Of a DNA stretch of 64,000 bases, positions 19,952-29,864 are shown in pieces. The notes under the pieces were generated by a model, which was not told the origin of the DNA, did no database searches, and worked only from the letters and a program-made list of their open reading frames with translations. The stretch spans positions 604,771 through 668,770 of the forward strand of contig JACPKY010000002.1 of NCBI GenBank assembly GCA_016186795.1, written 5' to 3'. The position numbers and the translations under genes are program-made. This stretch comes from Candidatus Gottesmanbacteria bacterium (GTDB lineage: Bacteria; Patescibacteriota; Microgenomatia; 2-02-FULL-39-11). Within the stretch, counting starts at the first letter, position 1. Each line of letters starts with the position of its first letter.

Positions 19952-21280
19952 TTACCGGTACAGAAGTCTTAACAGTGTCCGCGTTACCGTAATTGCGCTA
20001 AAAAGGGAAACGAGAATACCAATTGCAAGTGTTACAGCAAACCCACGTACCACTCCTGTTCCAAACCAATAAAGTATTGCACAAGTAATAAGAGATGAAG
20101 CGTTGGAATCACGAATTGAAGGGAATGCTCGATCAAATCCTAAACGCAGTGCAGTTTGATAATCTTTTCCCCATCTGAGTTCCTCTTTTATGCGCTCAAA
20201 AATGAGAATGTTGGCATCAACTGCCATTCCAATTGAGAGAATAAATCCGGTAATGCCAGCAAGTGTCAAAGTTACCGGTATCATCTTAAAAAGAGCAAAA
20301 ACGGTAAGTGTATAAAGGATAAGAGCAATATCTGCAATCAGTCCTAACAGTCCGTACTGAATTATCATAAAAGTTCCCACAATGAAAAGTCCAATCATTC
20401 CTGCAAAAAGACTTTTTGTAACGGAAGAAACTCCAAGGGTTGCACCAACGTTTCTCTGTTCGATAACTTTCAACGGTACCGGAAGTGCTCCGGCATTTAA
20501 TGCAATGGAAAGTTGTTTGGCCTCGTCAGCGGAAAATGAACCTTGAATAACGGCTCTCCCTCCAGATATTGCAGTATTCACCTGCGGAGCAGAAAGGAGC
20601 TCTTCGTCTAAAAATATAGCAAGTGTTTTGCCTACAGATCGTTTTGTAATTTCTTCAAAAAGGGTTGCACCTTCTGAATCAAACTCTAGACTGACTTCAG
20701 GTTTCCCGGTATTTTGGTCAAATGTTACTTCACTCCGTTTGAGATGTTTTCCGCTAAGACCTGTTGGGCTAGACCAAATGCTTTTGGCTGACGATGGTGT
20801 TGCAATTTGTGCAGACTTCGTCCCTTCTTCAAAAAATGTCAACTGTGCTGTTCTCCCAACAAGCTCTATTGCTTGATTAGCATCATCAATCCCAGGCATC
20901 TCAACGATGATTCGTTTACTTGATCCTATATTTGCTTTTTGAACAACAGACTCTGTCAGCCCATAAAGATTAATTCTTCGCTCCACAACATCACGAGCAG
21001 AATCAAATGCCTTCTCTTGATCGGTAGAAGATATGCCGGAGAGATCTGCCTCTAAGACTAAGTGAGTTCCACCGGAAAGGTCAAGCCCATACCGACCATT
21101 GAGATCATTTCTTATCTGCAAAGGTCCAACTGATACGTTGAGTGCCGGCCCAGAAATGGTGCGGTCGAAAGTCAAAGGGCCAAGAGTAAACTGCATACGG
21201 AGTTCTTTTGGTAGAGATACAATTGCTGATAAGACAAAAAGTATAGCAATAAACCACAATCGAAAACCGAAGTACTTCAT
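19952..21280 (-). CDS. secD: Protein translocase subunit SecD
   Basis: GLDLSGG, AGALP, GMAVDANILIFERIKEE. Confidence 0.95.
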   Translation of the reverse strand: MKYFGFRLWFIAILFVLSAIVSLPKELRMQFTLGPLTFDRTISGPALNVSVGPLQIRNDLNGRYGLDLSGGTHLVLEADLSGISSTDQEKAFDSARDVVERRINLYGLTESVVQKANIGSSKRIIVEMPGIDDANQAIELVGRTAQLTFFEEGTKSAQIATPSSAKSIWSSPTGLSGKHLKRSEVTFDQNTGKPEVSLEFDSEGATLFEEITKRSVGKTLAIFLDEELLSAPQVNTAISGGRAVIQGSFSADEAKQLSIALNAGALPVPLKVIEQRNVGATLGVSSVTKSLFAGMIGLFIVGTFMIIQYGLLGLIADIALILYTLTVFALFKMIPVTLTLAGITGFILSIGMAVDANILIFERIKEELRWGKDYQTALRLGFDRAFPSIRDSNASSLITCAILYWFGTGVVRGFAVTLAIGILVSLFSAITVTRTLLRLLYR

Positions 21281-21468
21281 GACGCTTGTTTTGAGGAGGG
21301 TAAACGGAGCTGTACAGCACCACTAAATTTTAGTCGGATAATGCCGGTGTCAACATTTGCCTCAACCATAACGGAATCACCCGCCTTAATTCCTAAGGCG
21401 TGAACAAACCGTGCAGGGATCGTAACTCCTAAGCTATAAGTACCACTTTTAACAACTTTTTGATGCAT
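21277..21468 (-). CDS. AbrB/MazE/SpoVT-type DNA-binding protein
   Basis: SGTYSLGVTIPARFVHALGIKAGDSV. Confidence 0.75.
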   Translation of the reverse strand: MHQKVVKSGTYSLGVTIPARFVHALGIKAGDSVMVEANVDTGIIRLKFSGAVQLRLPSSKQAS

Positions 21469-21473
21469 AGCTT

Positions 21474-22049
21474 TTATGAGACGAGCTCTTCTTCGTCACC
21501 AATGACCATGATGCGTGACCCCCGAAGAATCTCAAGAACAAATGGATCACGTCGTTTCTTTCTAAACTCAAACTCTTCCTCACTCATAACTGTGTAGTTA
21601 ATTTCTCTCTCTCGCCGCACCTCTTCTTCTTTTACAATTTGTGAAAGTTCGGGAAGCACTATCTTTCCAACAACCAGAAGATCTACTGAGTTGGTTCCTT
21701 TCGTAGATACCCGAGCAAAACTCCCAGCAACCATTGCAAATTTAACTTTTCCAAGTCTTACCTTGTTTTTGATAATTTCCCCGCCCATCCCAGATGATTT
21801 TACAATCAACTCAAGAAGGTCAAAGTACAGTGGGTAATCTTTTCTGAGAGCATAAAAGAGTCGATTGGCTCTATGTTCTTTACTCATCAAGCCAATCTTT
21901 TCCAAATGAGCAAGCTCACGCCTCACGGCGTTTATCTCCTCACTTGTACGGCGGACGATTTCTCGAACATGAAATATTTTCCCCGGGGAAAGAAAAAATA
22001 GTTGTAATATCTTTACCCGGACTCGAGAAACGATAAGATCTTTTAACAT
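21474..22049 (-). CDS. wHTH plus nucleotidyltransferase-like protein
   Basis: N-terminal HTH (VREIVR...VRREL), C-terminal GSFAR...VDLLVVG; strong SD AGGAGG. Confidence 0.7.
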   Translation of the reverse strand: MLKDLIVSRVRVKILQLFFLSPGKIFHVREIVRRTSEEINAVRRELAHLEKIGLMSKEHRANRLFYALRKDYPLYFDLLELIVKSSGMGGEIIKNKVRLGKVKFAMVAGSFARVSTKGTNSVDLLVVGKIVLPELSQIVKEEEVRREREINYTVMSEEEFEFRKKRRDPFVLEILRGSRIMVIGDEEELVS

Positions 22050-22123
22050 TCTCCTCCTTTCTGATGGTTTTAACTTGCGTAGTCAAAATCCATCTTCTCC
22101 GGGCAGATTTTTCAAATACTAGA

Positions 22124-23296
22124 TTAATAGGTTACCTGGTTTACACTTGGAATAACCTCAATCCATATAGGACCCTTATTGAACTTCACTTCTTTACCTT
22201 TCTCATCAAAATAGACTGTCCGTGCCGTTCGAGTTTTCTTACTCCATGTCCCTTCTATCACTTTCCCATCCTGAAAAATCAGTGCTTTCCCCGTACCAAT
22301 TGTTCCGTAGAGTAAATGACCGTGGTCATCAACTGGTCCGGTGATCTTTGTAAGTTGGACGACAATATTTTTAGCAGAAAGTTGCTGTTGCGCTTCGAGA
22401 TCAAAATGAGGAGCTCCTCCGCTTACTCTTTTATAGGTACCTTCGGTCGCATCGTAGTTCCATGAAACGTCGTATTTACTATATCCAGGAGAAAATATGA
22501 TACTTACAGTATTTGTTGTTCCTCGATCTGATGATGGTGCGTCATCTTTAAATGTCCAAGATTTGAAATTTTTATCCCAAGAAATACCATCTTCGTCGAC
22601 GTTTGTCCACTCTCTTTTTTGGGCAATTTTATAGAGATTGTCTGAAAAACATACCATGGTATGTTCTGTTGCGACAGGATGATCGAGTCTATCAGGATTC
22701 CTATAACAATCGGGGTAACCGATACCAAATTGGTCAAGATCTTTAATTCCATACTGGCCGATCTGACAGAGAGCTTTCGCACGTGGATCAACGGTATCAT
22801 CTGGACATCTTCCTGCTCCTCCAACATGATTGTATAACGCATCGTATTCTGAAACCCAATCAAGAAAGTAGGTACGAGCAGAGCGAACAGGTGCAAAGGT
22901 AATATTCTCCATGGGCGTATTACAGTAAAAAACACCCATAAGCCGTGTAATCCATCCTTCTGCTAACGCTTCGTAGACAACGTCAGCTCGAGAAAGGCCT
23001 GATTGAGGACGAGCTTCTTCACTATTTTCAATCATGACAGCAAGAGGCCGACGTGTTGCCCAAATATCTTTCTCCTCCCCTGTATACATCATGCCATTCA
23101 AAGGACATACCTGATCGCGAGGGACAGATGGATCTACTTTATACTTTGGCTTTTGAGAGGGTGAAACTTTTGGAGATTCGGAAGGAGTAACACTTGACGC
23201 TCCACCTCGTAAGGCACTAAATCCAGCGTAGGATAAACCCGTGCTAAGAAGATAAAGGACAAATCCTGCTCCAAAGAGCATAATTTTTCTATTCAT
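22124..23296 (-). CDS. DUF3048 (YerB-like) exported protein
   Basis: RPLAVMIEN...ARPQSGL...ADVVYE...EG.ITR, PVRSAR. Confidence 0.85.
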   Translation of the reverse strand: MNRKIMLFGAGFVLYLLSTGLSYAGFSALRGGASSVTPSESPKVSPSQKPKYKVDPSVPRDQVCPLNGMMYTGEEKDIWATRRPLAVMIENSEEARPQSGLSRADVVYEALAEGWITRLMGVFYCNTPMENITFAPVRSARTYFLDWVSEYDALYNHVGGAGRCPDDTVDPRAKALCQIGQYGIKDLDQFGIGYPDCYRNPDRLDHPVATEHTMVCFSDNLYKIAQKREWTNVDEDGISWDKNFKSWTFKDDAPSSDRGTTNTVSIIFSPGYSKYDVSWNYDATEGTYKRVSGGAPHFDLEAQQQLSAKNIVVQLTKITGPVDDHGHLLYGTIGTGKALIFQDGKVIEGTWSKKTRTARTVYFDEKGKEVKFNKGPIWIEVIPSVNQVTY

Positions 23297-23350
23297 AGAC
23301 CCACATTGTACAACAAAAGGATACTATCATTCTAGTTGGCATATTGACTA

Positions 23351-23845
23351 TCACCTCTGGCTTTTTTTGTTTTTCCTTTTATCATGAAGAGATACTGCAT
23401 CGCGTATTGCTTTCTGTTCCTCGGAAGAAAGCTGATGATCTTCTCCCTTTCCTCCTACAACGTTTTTTGCATACCACCGTGTCATTCCACGTCCATGAAG
23501 AGATGTTAATACAATTCCATTGTCTTCACCATCTAAAAGGGCCAGGATAAAACTCTGATCTCCCCCTGTATCTGCGAATGGATTAAACCTCAGTATTCCA
23601 ACTTTCTGAATATTGGATCTTCCCGCAACGACAATCTCATCTAGCTTTGCATCCAAATCGCTTGAAACTCTTTTGTTTTTATCTAATTCCTGAAGAATTC
23701 TATCCAATACTTCTGATAACGTCTCTTTCTTACTACCTTTCACCAACTGATCATAATGGCGTTTCACTCTGTAAACATAGACTGACAACAGTACAAGCCA
23801 AACGACACCTCCGACTATCAAGAGACTGAAGAGTGTGGTATTCAT
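23351..23845 (-). CDS. DUF4446 family protein
   Basis: N-terminal TM; RFNPF.DTGGDQSF.LALLD, LS.EE. Confidence 0.8.
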   Translation of the reverse strand: MNTTLFSLLIVGGVVWLVLLSVYVYRVKRHYDQLVKGSKKETLSEVLDRILQELDKNKRVSSDLDAKLDEIVVAGRSNIQKVGILRFNPFADTGGDQSFILALLDGEDNGIVLTSLHGRGMTRWYAKNVVGGKGEDHQLSSEEQKAIRDAVSLHDKRKNKKSQR

Positions 23846-23925
23846 TCACAAATGAGTACACTATGTATTCATAGTCTACTTACTTTACAAGATACTGTCA
23901 ATATGTTAAGCTCACTTGACTTCGT

Positions 23926-24213
23926 ATGCCAAGAAGAACAAGGAAAGAAAAACTACTTCGTGATATCCACCGGAAAAAGCTTTCCACTTTCTCTCATTTT
24001 GTCAAGACCCAAAATCAATCTCAGCCTCAAACAGTCCTGCCAGCCTCCACGACGGATTCACCTTATGAATTCCGTACCATCACAAAGCCAAAAGAAGTAA
24101 AATCAATCTCAGACTATCAATACGTACGACATGACATTATAAAAATTACTATATTTACAACAGCTGTGTTTTTTTTCCAGTGTATGCTATATTTCCTGCT
24201 ACAGAGAGGTTAA
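23926..24213 (+). CDS. Hypothetical protein, basic N-terminus and C-terminal TM
   Basis: 95-aa ORF ending in YVRHDIIKI plus a TM helix. Confidence 0.6.
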   Translation: MPRRTRKEKLLRDIHRKKLSTFSHFVKTQNQSQPQTVLPASTTDSPYEFRTITKPKEVKSISDYQYVRHDIIKITIFTTAVFFFQCMLYFLLQRG

Positions 24214-24256
24214 GCAGATTTTGATGAATTTTTCATGTGGAAGGAGGTGAAAATAT

Positions 24257-24397
24257 ATGGCAGAAATGTATTGTGTGAAATGTCGAGCAAAAAGAGATGA
24301 CCCCAACGCAGTGAAAGTTACCATGAAAAATGGTAAACCCGCAATGAAAGGAAAGTGTCCAGTTTGCGGAACCGGGATGTACAAAATTGGAGGCTAA
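24257..24397 (+). CDS. 46-aa zinc-ribbon protein (DUF5679-like), missing from the ORF track
   Basis: SD AAGGAGGTGA; MAEMYCVKCRAKRDDPNAVKVTMKNGKPAMKGKCPVCGTGMYKIGG. Confidence 0.85.
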   Translation: MAEMYCVKCRAKRDDPNAVKVTMKNGKPAMKGKCPVCGTGMYKIGG

Positions 24398-24421
24398 ATA
24401 AAAGTTTACCCTACAAAAATG

Positions 24422-24452
24422 AAAAACCCGGGGTTCTGTACCTCGGGTTTTT
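24422..24452. terminator. Bidirectional intrinsic terminator
   Basis: AAAAACCCGGGGT-loop-ACCTCGGGTTTTT between convergent genes. Confidence 0.75.
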
Positions 24453-25080
24453 ACTGCTTTACGGCAACAATCTTATGAACAATATTAAACGGCCCGAAAT
24501 CTTCACGGGTTGTTTTAAATCCGTATTCATCAAAATATTTTTCGTTATCACGCTCAAGCCGTAAAGAGGTTTGAATACTGACGATTTTAAAAAGAGTTTG
24601 CGCAATTATGTTGCGATCTTTCGGCATTCCGCCGGCAATAATAATTATTTTCCCTCCTTTTTTCAGCACCCGCCGCATTTCCTCTATCGCTTTTCGAATA
24701 TCTGCAATTTCTGCTAAAACAAACGTCATCACAATACAATCAAAGGTACTATCTTTAAAGGGGAGATGGTACACGGATTGATGCAAAATATCGATGTCAT
24801 ACCCTGCTTGTTTTGCTCGCTTCCTTGCCTCATATGCCATCCCGCTGCGAAGTTCAATACCGGTTACGGTATAACCTTTTTTTGCCATCCGAAGCATAAG
24901 TTTCCCAGGTCCGACACCAATTTCTAGAATTGAGGATCCAGTGATATCAGGAAATACACGCTCCTGCCATTTCTCCCACTGTCCAACAGAAAGAAGCTGG
25001 GTAATACCGTCATAAAAAAGAGGGAACGCGTGGTAGGCGCGATAGAAGAGGTCAAAAAGTTTTAAACGGGTCAGTCGCAT
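24451..25080 (-). CDS. Class I SAM-dependent methyltransferase (UbiE-like)
   Basis: ILEIGVGPG, LPFKDSTFD, RVLKKGG; start trimmed to ATG 25080. Confidence 0.85.
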   Translation of the reverse strand: MRLTRLKLFDLFYRAYHAFPLFYDGITQLLSVGQWEKWQERVFPDITGSSILEIGVGPGKLMLRMAKKGYTVTGIELRSGMAYEARKRAKQAGYDIDILHQSVYHLPFKDSTFDCIVMTFVLAEIADIRKAIEEMRRVLKKGGKIIIIAGGMPKDRNIIAQTLFKIVSIQTSLRLERDNEKYFDEYGFKTTREDFGPFNIVHKIVAVKQ

Positions 25081-25110
25081 AGAAGCGGCTAGAGGCGAGT
25101 ATAGCACCCA

Positions 25111-25139
25111 TTGACAGAGAAAGTAAAGATGTGTATATT
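25111..25139 (+). promoter_or_regulatory. leu operon promoter
   Basis: TTGACA-17 nt-TATATT. Confidence 0.8.
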
Positions 25140-25145
25140 CCGGGT

Positions 25146-25208
25146 ATGAATATGAATCTCTCAAACCTTTCACTTCTCCTTCTTGGAGAAGGTGAATTCG
25201 TGGTTTGA
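25146..25208 (+). CDS. leuL: leu leader peptide MNMNLSNLSLLLLGEGEFVV
   Basis: 6 Leu codons including 4 in tandem, upstream of leuA, embedded in alternative hairpins. Confidence 0.88.
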   Translation: MNMNLSNLSLLLLGEGEFVV

Positions 25209-25245
25209 GAGAATAGAAAAAAACAAACAACTGAATAATAAAATG

Positions 25246-25270
25246 ACCTCTCAAACCAGAGAGGTTTTTT
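25246..25270 (+). terminator. leu attenuator terminator
   Basis: ACCTCTC-aaacca-GAGAGGT-TTTTT. Confidence 0.88.
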
Positions 25271-25275
25271 GATGC

Positions 25276-26778
25276 ATGAAAAAACAAAAAATTTTTATCT
25301 TTGATACTACCCTTCGTGATGGCGAGCAAACGCCTGGAGCAAAACTCAATACGAATCAAAAAGTAACACTGGCAAGACAGCTCGAAGTGTTAGGCGTTGA
25401 TGTTATTGAGGCGGGATTTCCAATTTCATCACCTGGTGATTTCCGCTCAGTGGTGGAAGTTTCAAAGGTAATTAAGAAGGCTACAATCTGTGGACTTACC
25501 CGTGCAATACCCAAAGATATCGAGGTTGCGGCTGATGCTCTACGATTTGCCAAACGTCCCCGAATACATACCGGAATTGGTGCATCTGATATCCATATCA
25601 AATATAAATTTAAATCTACCCGCGAAGAAATTCTCGCTCGAGGAATTTCTGCAGTAAAATATGCGAAAAGATTTGTTGGCGATGTAGAATTTTATGCCGA
25701 AGATGCGGGACGAGCAGAGAATGAATTTCTCGCAAGAATGGTTGAGGAGGTGATCAAAGCTGGAGCAACCGTTGTGAATATTCCAGATACAACCGGATAC
25801 TGTTTCCCTGAGGAATTCGGCGCAAAAGTAAAATATCTTTTCGACCATGTGACAAATATCGATCGAGCAATTATTTCTGTCCATTGCCACAATGACATAG
25901 GCCTTGCGACAGCCAATACTATTACCGGGATAGCAAATGGGGCAAGACAAGTGGAAGTAACAGTGAATGGTATCGGAGAACGGGCTGGAAATACTTCCTT
26001 GGAAGAAGTTGTTATGGCTATATATACAAGACGTGAGTATCTCCCCTACCAGACAAATATCAAAACTTCCGAAATCGCCAAAACAAGCAAAATGGTTTCT
26101 CAAATCATGGGAATACCAGTCCAACCCAATAAAGCGATTGTGGGAGCAAATGCATTTGCACATTCATCCGGCATACACCAAGATGGGGTTTTGAAGAGGC
26201 GGGAAAACTACGAAATTATTGATCCAAAAATTGTCGGCTTTGACAAATCGCATATTGTGTTAACTGCAAGATCCGGACGGGCGGCTCTTCGGCACAAGTT
26301 AGAGACGATTGGAATAAAAATGGAGAAAAAAGAACTCGATATGCTCTATGAAAAATTCCTTCGACTTGCAGATATCAAGAAAGAAATCTATGAAGATGAT
26401 TTACGATTTTTGGCAGGTCAAAAAGAAGAAACAAATCACAAAAAAGTAAAACTTGTACTTATCCAAGCAGTGTCAGGGAATAAAAACATTCCAACGGCAA
26501 CAGTACGATTATTAATTAACAGTCAAACCCGAGAGGCAGTAGGTATTGGGGATGGACCAATTGATGCAAGTTTCAAGGCAATCGATGCATGTATTGGGAA
26601 AAAATATTCACTGGAACACTTTATGATTCAGGCTGTTACAGTGGGATCTGATGCTATGGCAAATGTCAATGTGGCACTTAAAAAAGGAAATAAAATATTT
26701 TGGGGGACCGGAACAAATACCGACACGATTGTTGCGGCTGTTCTTTCCTATATTGATGCACTGAATAAATTTCTATAA
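25276..26778 (+). CDS. leuA: 2-isopropylmalate synthase
   Basis: [32 protein letters not shown]-terminal GDGPIDA. Confidence 0.96.
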   Translation: MKKQKIFIFDTTLRDGEQTPGAKLNTNQKVTLARQLEVLGVDVIEAGFPISSPGDFRSVVEVSKVIKKATICGLTRAIPKDIEVAADALRFAKRPRIHTGIGASDIHIKYKFKSTREEILARGISAVKYAKRFVGDVEFYAEDAGRAENEFLARMVEEVIKAGATVVNIPDTTGYCFPEEFGAKVKYLFDHVTNIDRAIISVHCHNDIGLATANTITGIANGARQVEVTVNGIGERAGNTSLEEVVMAIYTRREYLPYQTNIKTSEIAKTSKMVSQIMGIPVQPNKAIVGANAFAHSSGIHQDGVLKRRENYEIIDPKIVGFDKSHIVLTARSGRAALRHKLETIGIKMEKKELDMLYEKFLRLADIKKEIYEDDLRFLAGQKEETNHKKVKLVLIQAVSGNKNIPTATVRLLINSQTREAVGIGDGPIDASFKAIDACIGKKYSLEHFMIQAVTVGSDAMANVNVALKKGNKIFWGTGTNTDTIVAAVLSYIDALNKFL

Positions 26779-26780
26779 TA

Positions 26781-28181
26781 ATGAAACCAAAAACACTTTT
26801 TGAAAAAATCTGGGAATCTCATGTTGTTACGAAAGAAAAAGGTACTCCCTCACTTCTCTATATTGATGCCCATCTTATTCACGAAGTCACCAGCCCTCAA
26901 GCATTTGCGAATCTTCGGAAAAAAAATCTAAACGTACGAAGAACTGATAAAACATTTGCAACCGTTGATCATAACGTTTCCACAACAAGTCAAAGAAATA
27001 TAAAAGATGCGCTTTCCCGAGTGCAGGTAGAAACCTTGGAAAGAAATTGCAAAGATTTTGGAATTGAACTCTTTGGACTTAATAGTCCAAATCAGGGAAT
27101 TGTCCATGTTATTGGACCAGAACTAGGAATAACCAAACCGGGAATGACAATCGTTTGTGGAGATTCCCACACTTCAACCCATGGCGCGTTTGGAACACTC
27201 GCTTTTGGTATTGGAACAACCGAAGTAGAGCATGTACTGGCAACGCAGTGCTTACTCCAACAGCCCATGAAGATCATGGAGGTACGAATTGATGGAACTC
27301 TGGGAAAAGGAGTAACGGCAAAAGATGTTATTTTGACTATACTTTCTAAAATCGGCACAAAAGGGGGAATTGGGTATTGCATTGAATACACAGGATCAAC
27401 AATGCAAAACATGAATATGGAAGGAAGGATGACCATCTGCAATATGAGTATTGAAGGTGGGGCTCGAGCCGGAATGATTGCTCCAGATGAGATTACATTT
27501 GCCTATCTGAAGGGTAGACAGTTTAGTCCTAAACAAGAAAAATGGGAAGAATCTTTGAAGAGATGGAAATCACTTCGTACTGATCCCGATGCACCGTATG
27601 ATAAAACTGTCATCATCGAGGCCAAAAAAATTGCACCGTTAGTTACATGGGGTACTGATCCGTCTACCGGGATTCCGATCCATGAGAAAATACCACACCC
27701 AAACAAAATGCAGTCGAAAGATCAAAAAATAACAAGTGAAAAAGCACTTACCTATATGGCGCTTAAACCAGGGATGAGACTTGAGGGATTCCCTATCGAT
27801 TATGTTTTTATAGGAAGCTGCACGAACGCTAGAATTTCAGATCTTCGAGAGGCGGCAAAAATTATCAAAGGAAAAAAAGTAAAAAACACTGTCACTGCAT
27901 GGGTCGTACCTGGCTCCAGACAAATAAAACGACAAGCAGAAAAAGAAGGATTGGATAAGATATTCCATTCTGCAGGATTCGAGTGGCGATGGTCTGGATG
28001 TAGTGCGTGTATTGCCATGAATGATGACAAAATCCCACCAGGAAAATACTGTATATCAACCAGTAACCGAAATTATGAAGGACGACAAGGACCCGGATCT
28101 CGGACTTTCTTGGCAAGCCCTATTATGGCAGCAGCAGCAGCAATTGAAGGGAAGATTACCGATGTGAGGAATTATTTGTAG
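26781..28181 (+). CDS. leuC: 3-isopropylmalate dehydratase large subunit
   Basis: HEVTSPQAF, CGDSHT, GSCTN, GCSAC, STSNRN. Confidence 0.97.
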   Translation: MKPKTLFEKIWESHVVTKEKGTPSLLYIDAHLIHEVTSPQAFANLRKKNLNVRRTDKTFATVDHNVSTTSQRNIKDALSRVQVETLERNCKDFGIELFGLNSPNQGIVHVIGPELGITKPGMTIVCGDSHTSTHGAFGTLAFGIGTTEVEHVLATQCLLQQPMKIMEVRIDGTLGKGVTAKDVILTILSKIGTKGGIGYCIEYTGSTMQNMNMEGRMTICNMSIEGGARAGMIAPDEITFAYLKGRQFSPKQEKWEESLKRWKSLRTDPDAPYDKTVIIEAKKIAPLVTWGTDPSTGIPIHEKIPHPNKMQSKDQKITSEKALTYMALKPGMRLEGFPIDYVFIGSCTNARISDLREAAKIIKGKKVKNTVTAWVVPGSRQIKRQAEKEGLDKIFHSAGFEWRWSGCSACIAMNDDKIPPGKYCISTSNRNYEGRQGPGSRTFLASPIMAAAAAIEGKITDVRNYL

Positions 28182-28185
28182 ACCT

Positions 28186-28782
28186 ATGAAGAAATTTCAT
28201 AAATTATTTTCCACATGTCTTCCAGTTAGAGAAGAAAATATTGACACAGACCAAATAGTGCCTGCTCGATTTTTAAAGGTCACATCGCGGGAAGGGTTTG
28301 GAACGTACCTGTTCTATGATTGGCGATTTGACAAATCCTTCGGCGGTGCTCAGGATAAATCCAATACAAAATGTGTTTTTAATAATCCGAAATATAAAGG
28401 GGCAAAAATTCTCGTTGCAGGAAATAATTTCGGCTGCGGCTCCAGTCGAGAACACGCCGCATGGGCAATTGCCGAATATGGATTTCGAGTTGTGGTCTCC
28501 AGTTCGTTTGGAGACATTTTTTACAATAATGCGTTAAAAAATGGACTGCTGCCAATTAGTGTAAAACCTAAAGAATTGGAAATACTTTTCCAAATAATAG
28601 AAAAAAAATCCCAAACTGAAATTACTGTCGATTTGAAAAAGCAAAAGATCCATACTTTCCATTTCCCGATCGATTCTTTTCGAAAAACCTGCCTTCTTAA
28701 GGGCGTTGACGAGTTAGGGTATATTTTGTCTCACGAGGGTAAAATTAAACAATTTGAACAGAGGCAGAATATCTTTGTATGA
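28186..28782 (+). CDS. leuD: 3-isopropylmalate dehydratase small subunit
   Basis: NIDTDQI, NFGCGSSREHA. Confidence 0.96.
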   Translation: MKKFHKLFSTCLPVREENIDTDQIVPARFLKVTSREGFGTYLFYDWRFDKSFGGAQDKSNTKCVFNNPKYKGAKILVAGNNFGCGSSREHAAWAIAEYGFRVVVSSSFGDIFYNNALKNGLLPISVKPKELEILFQIIEKKSQTEITVDLKKQKIHTFHFPIDSFRKTCLLKGVDELGYILSHEGKIKQFEQRQNIFV

Positions 28783-29852
28783 AAAAAACAATTGCAGTAC
28801 TACCGGGAGATGGAGTTGGACCAGAGATCATCGATCAAGCAGTAAAAGTTTTGCAAAAAGTTGCAAAGATTTATCATCATGAGTTTTCATTTGAATACGG
28901 CTTAATTGGAACAACTGCTATTGAAAAAACAGGTAATCCCTTACCTGATCAAACATTGAAACTTTGCAAAGATTCTGATGCAATTCTTTTTGGAGCAATT
29001 GGAGATCAGAAATATGATAACGACCCGAGTGCAAAAATTCGTCCTGAACAGGGACTTTTAGAACTTCGAAAATCTCTAGCACTCTTTGTAAACATTCGTC
29101 CTATTTTTGTTTTTCCCACACTCATCAATTCTTCACCACTCAAGGCAGAGGTAGTGAAAGATTCCGACTTTATTGTGATACGTGAACTTACCGGCGGAAT
29201 ATATTTTGGGAAACCAAGAATGAGAAAGAATCATGGAAAAACTGCAATTGATACATCGATATATTCGGAATCAGAAATTGAACGAATTGCCCGTGTGGCG
29301 TTTGAGATTTCCCGAAAACGAAATAAGAATGTTGTATCTATAGATAAAGCCAATGTTCTGGAAACTTCCCGCTTATGGAGGGAAACTGTGACGAAAACTG
29401 GGAAAGAATATCCAGACGTAGAATTATCTCATATGTTTGTTGATACTGCTTCCATGCAAATAATAAAAAATCCACAACAATTTGATGTTATTCTTACAGA
29501 AAATATGTTTGGAGATATTCTTACAGACGAAGCATCAGTTATATCCGGATCGATCGGCCTTTTGCCATCAGCATCCATTGGAGAAAGACATGCACTATAT
29601 GAACCCATCCATGGAGCCTATAACAAAGCCGCAGGGAAAAATACTGCAAATCCAATTGCTGCTATTCTTTCTGTTGAGATGATGCTGAAATATAGTTTTC
29701 ATCTGGTAAAAGAATGGAAATGCATCTGGAATGCTGTAGTAAAAACACTGGAGGAGGGATGGAGGACGAAAGATCTTGTGGCAAAAGAAACAGAGAAAGA
29801 AAAAGTCATCGGAACAAAAGAGATGGGAGATAAAATAACTAATAATATCTGA
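28779..29852 (+). CDS. leuB: 3-isopropylmalate dehydrogenase
   Basis: GDGVGPE, RELTGGIYFG, DKANVL, NMFGDILTDE. Confidence 0.96.
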   Translation: MKKTIAVLPGDGVGPEIIDQAVKVLQKVAKIYHHEFSFEYGLIGTTAIEKTGNPLPDQTLKLCKDSDAILFGAIGDQKYDNDPSAKIRPEQGLLELRKSLALFVNIRPIFVFPTLINSSPLKAEVVKDSDFIVIRELTGGIYFGKPRMRKNHGKTAIDTSIYSESEIERIARVAFEISRKRNKNVVSIDKANVLETSRLWRETVTKTGKEYPDVELSHMFVDTASMQIIKNPQQFDVILTENMFGDILTDEASVISGSIGLLPSASIGERHALYEPIHGAYNKAAGKNTANPIAAILSVEMMLKYSFHLVKEWKCIWNAVVKTLEEGWRTKDLVAKETEKEKVIGTKEMGDKITNNI

Positions 29853-29864
29853 TAAAATTAATTA

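Noticed and set aside
25081-25359. N-terminal extension of the methyltransferase ORF
   Set aside because: It overlaps the leu promoter, leader and leuA on the opposite strand; the real start is probably 25080
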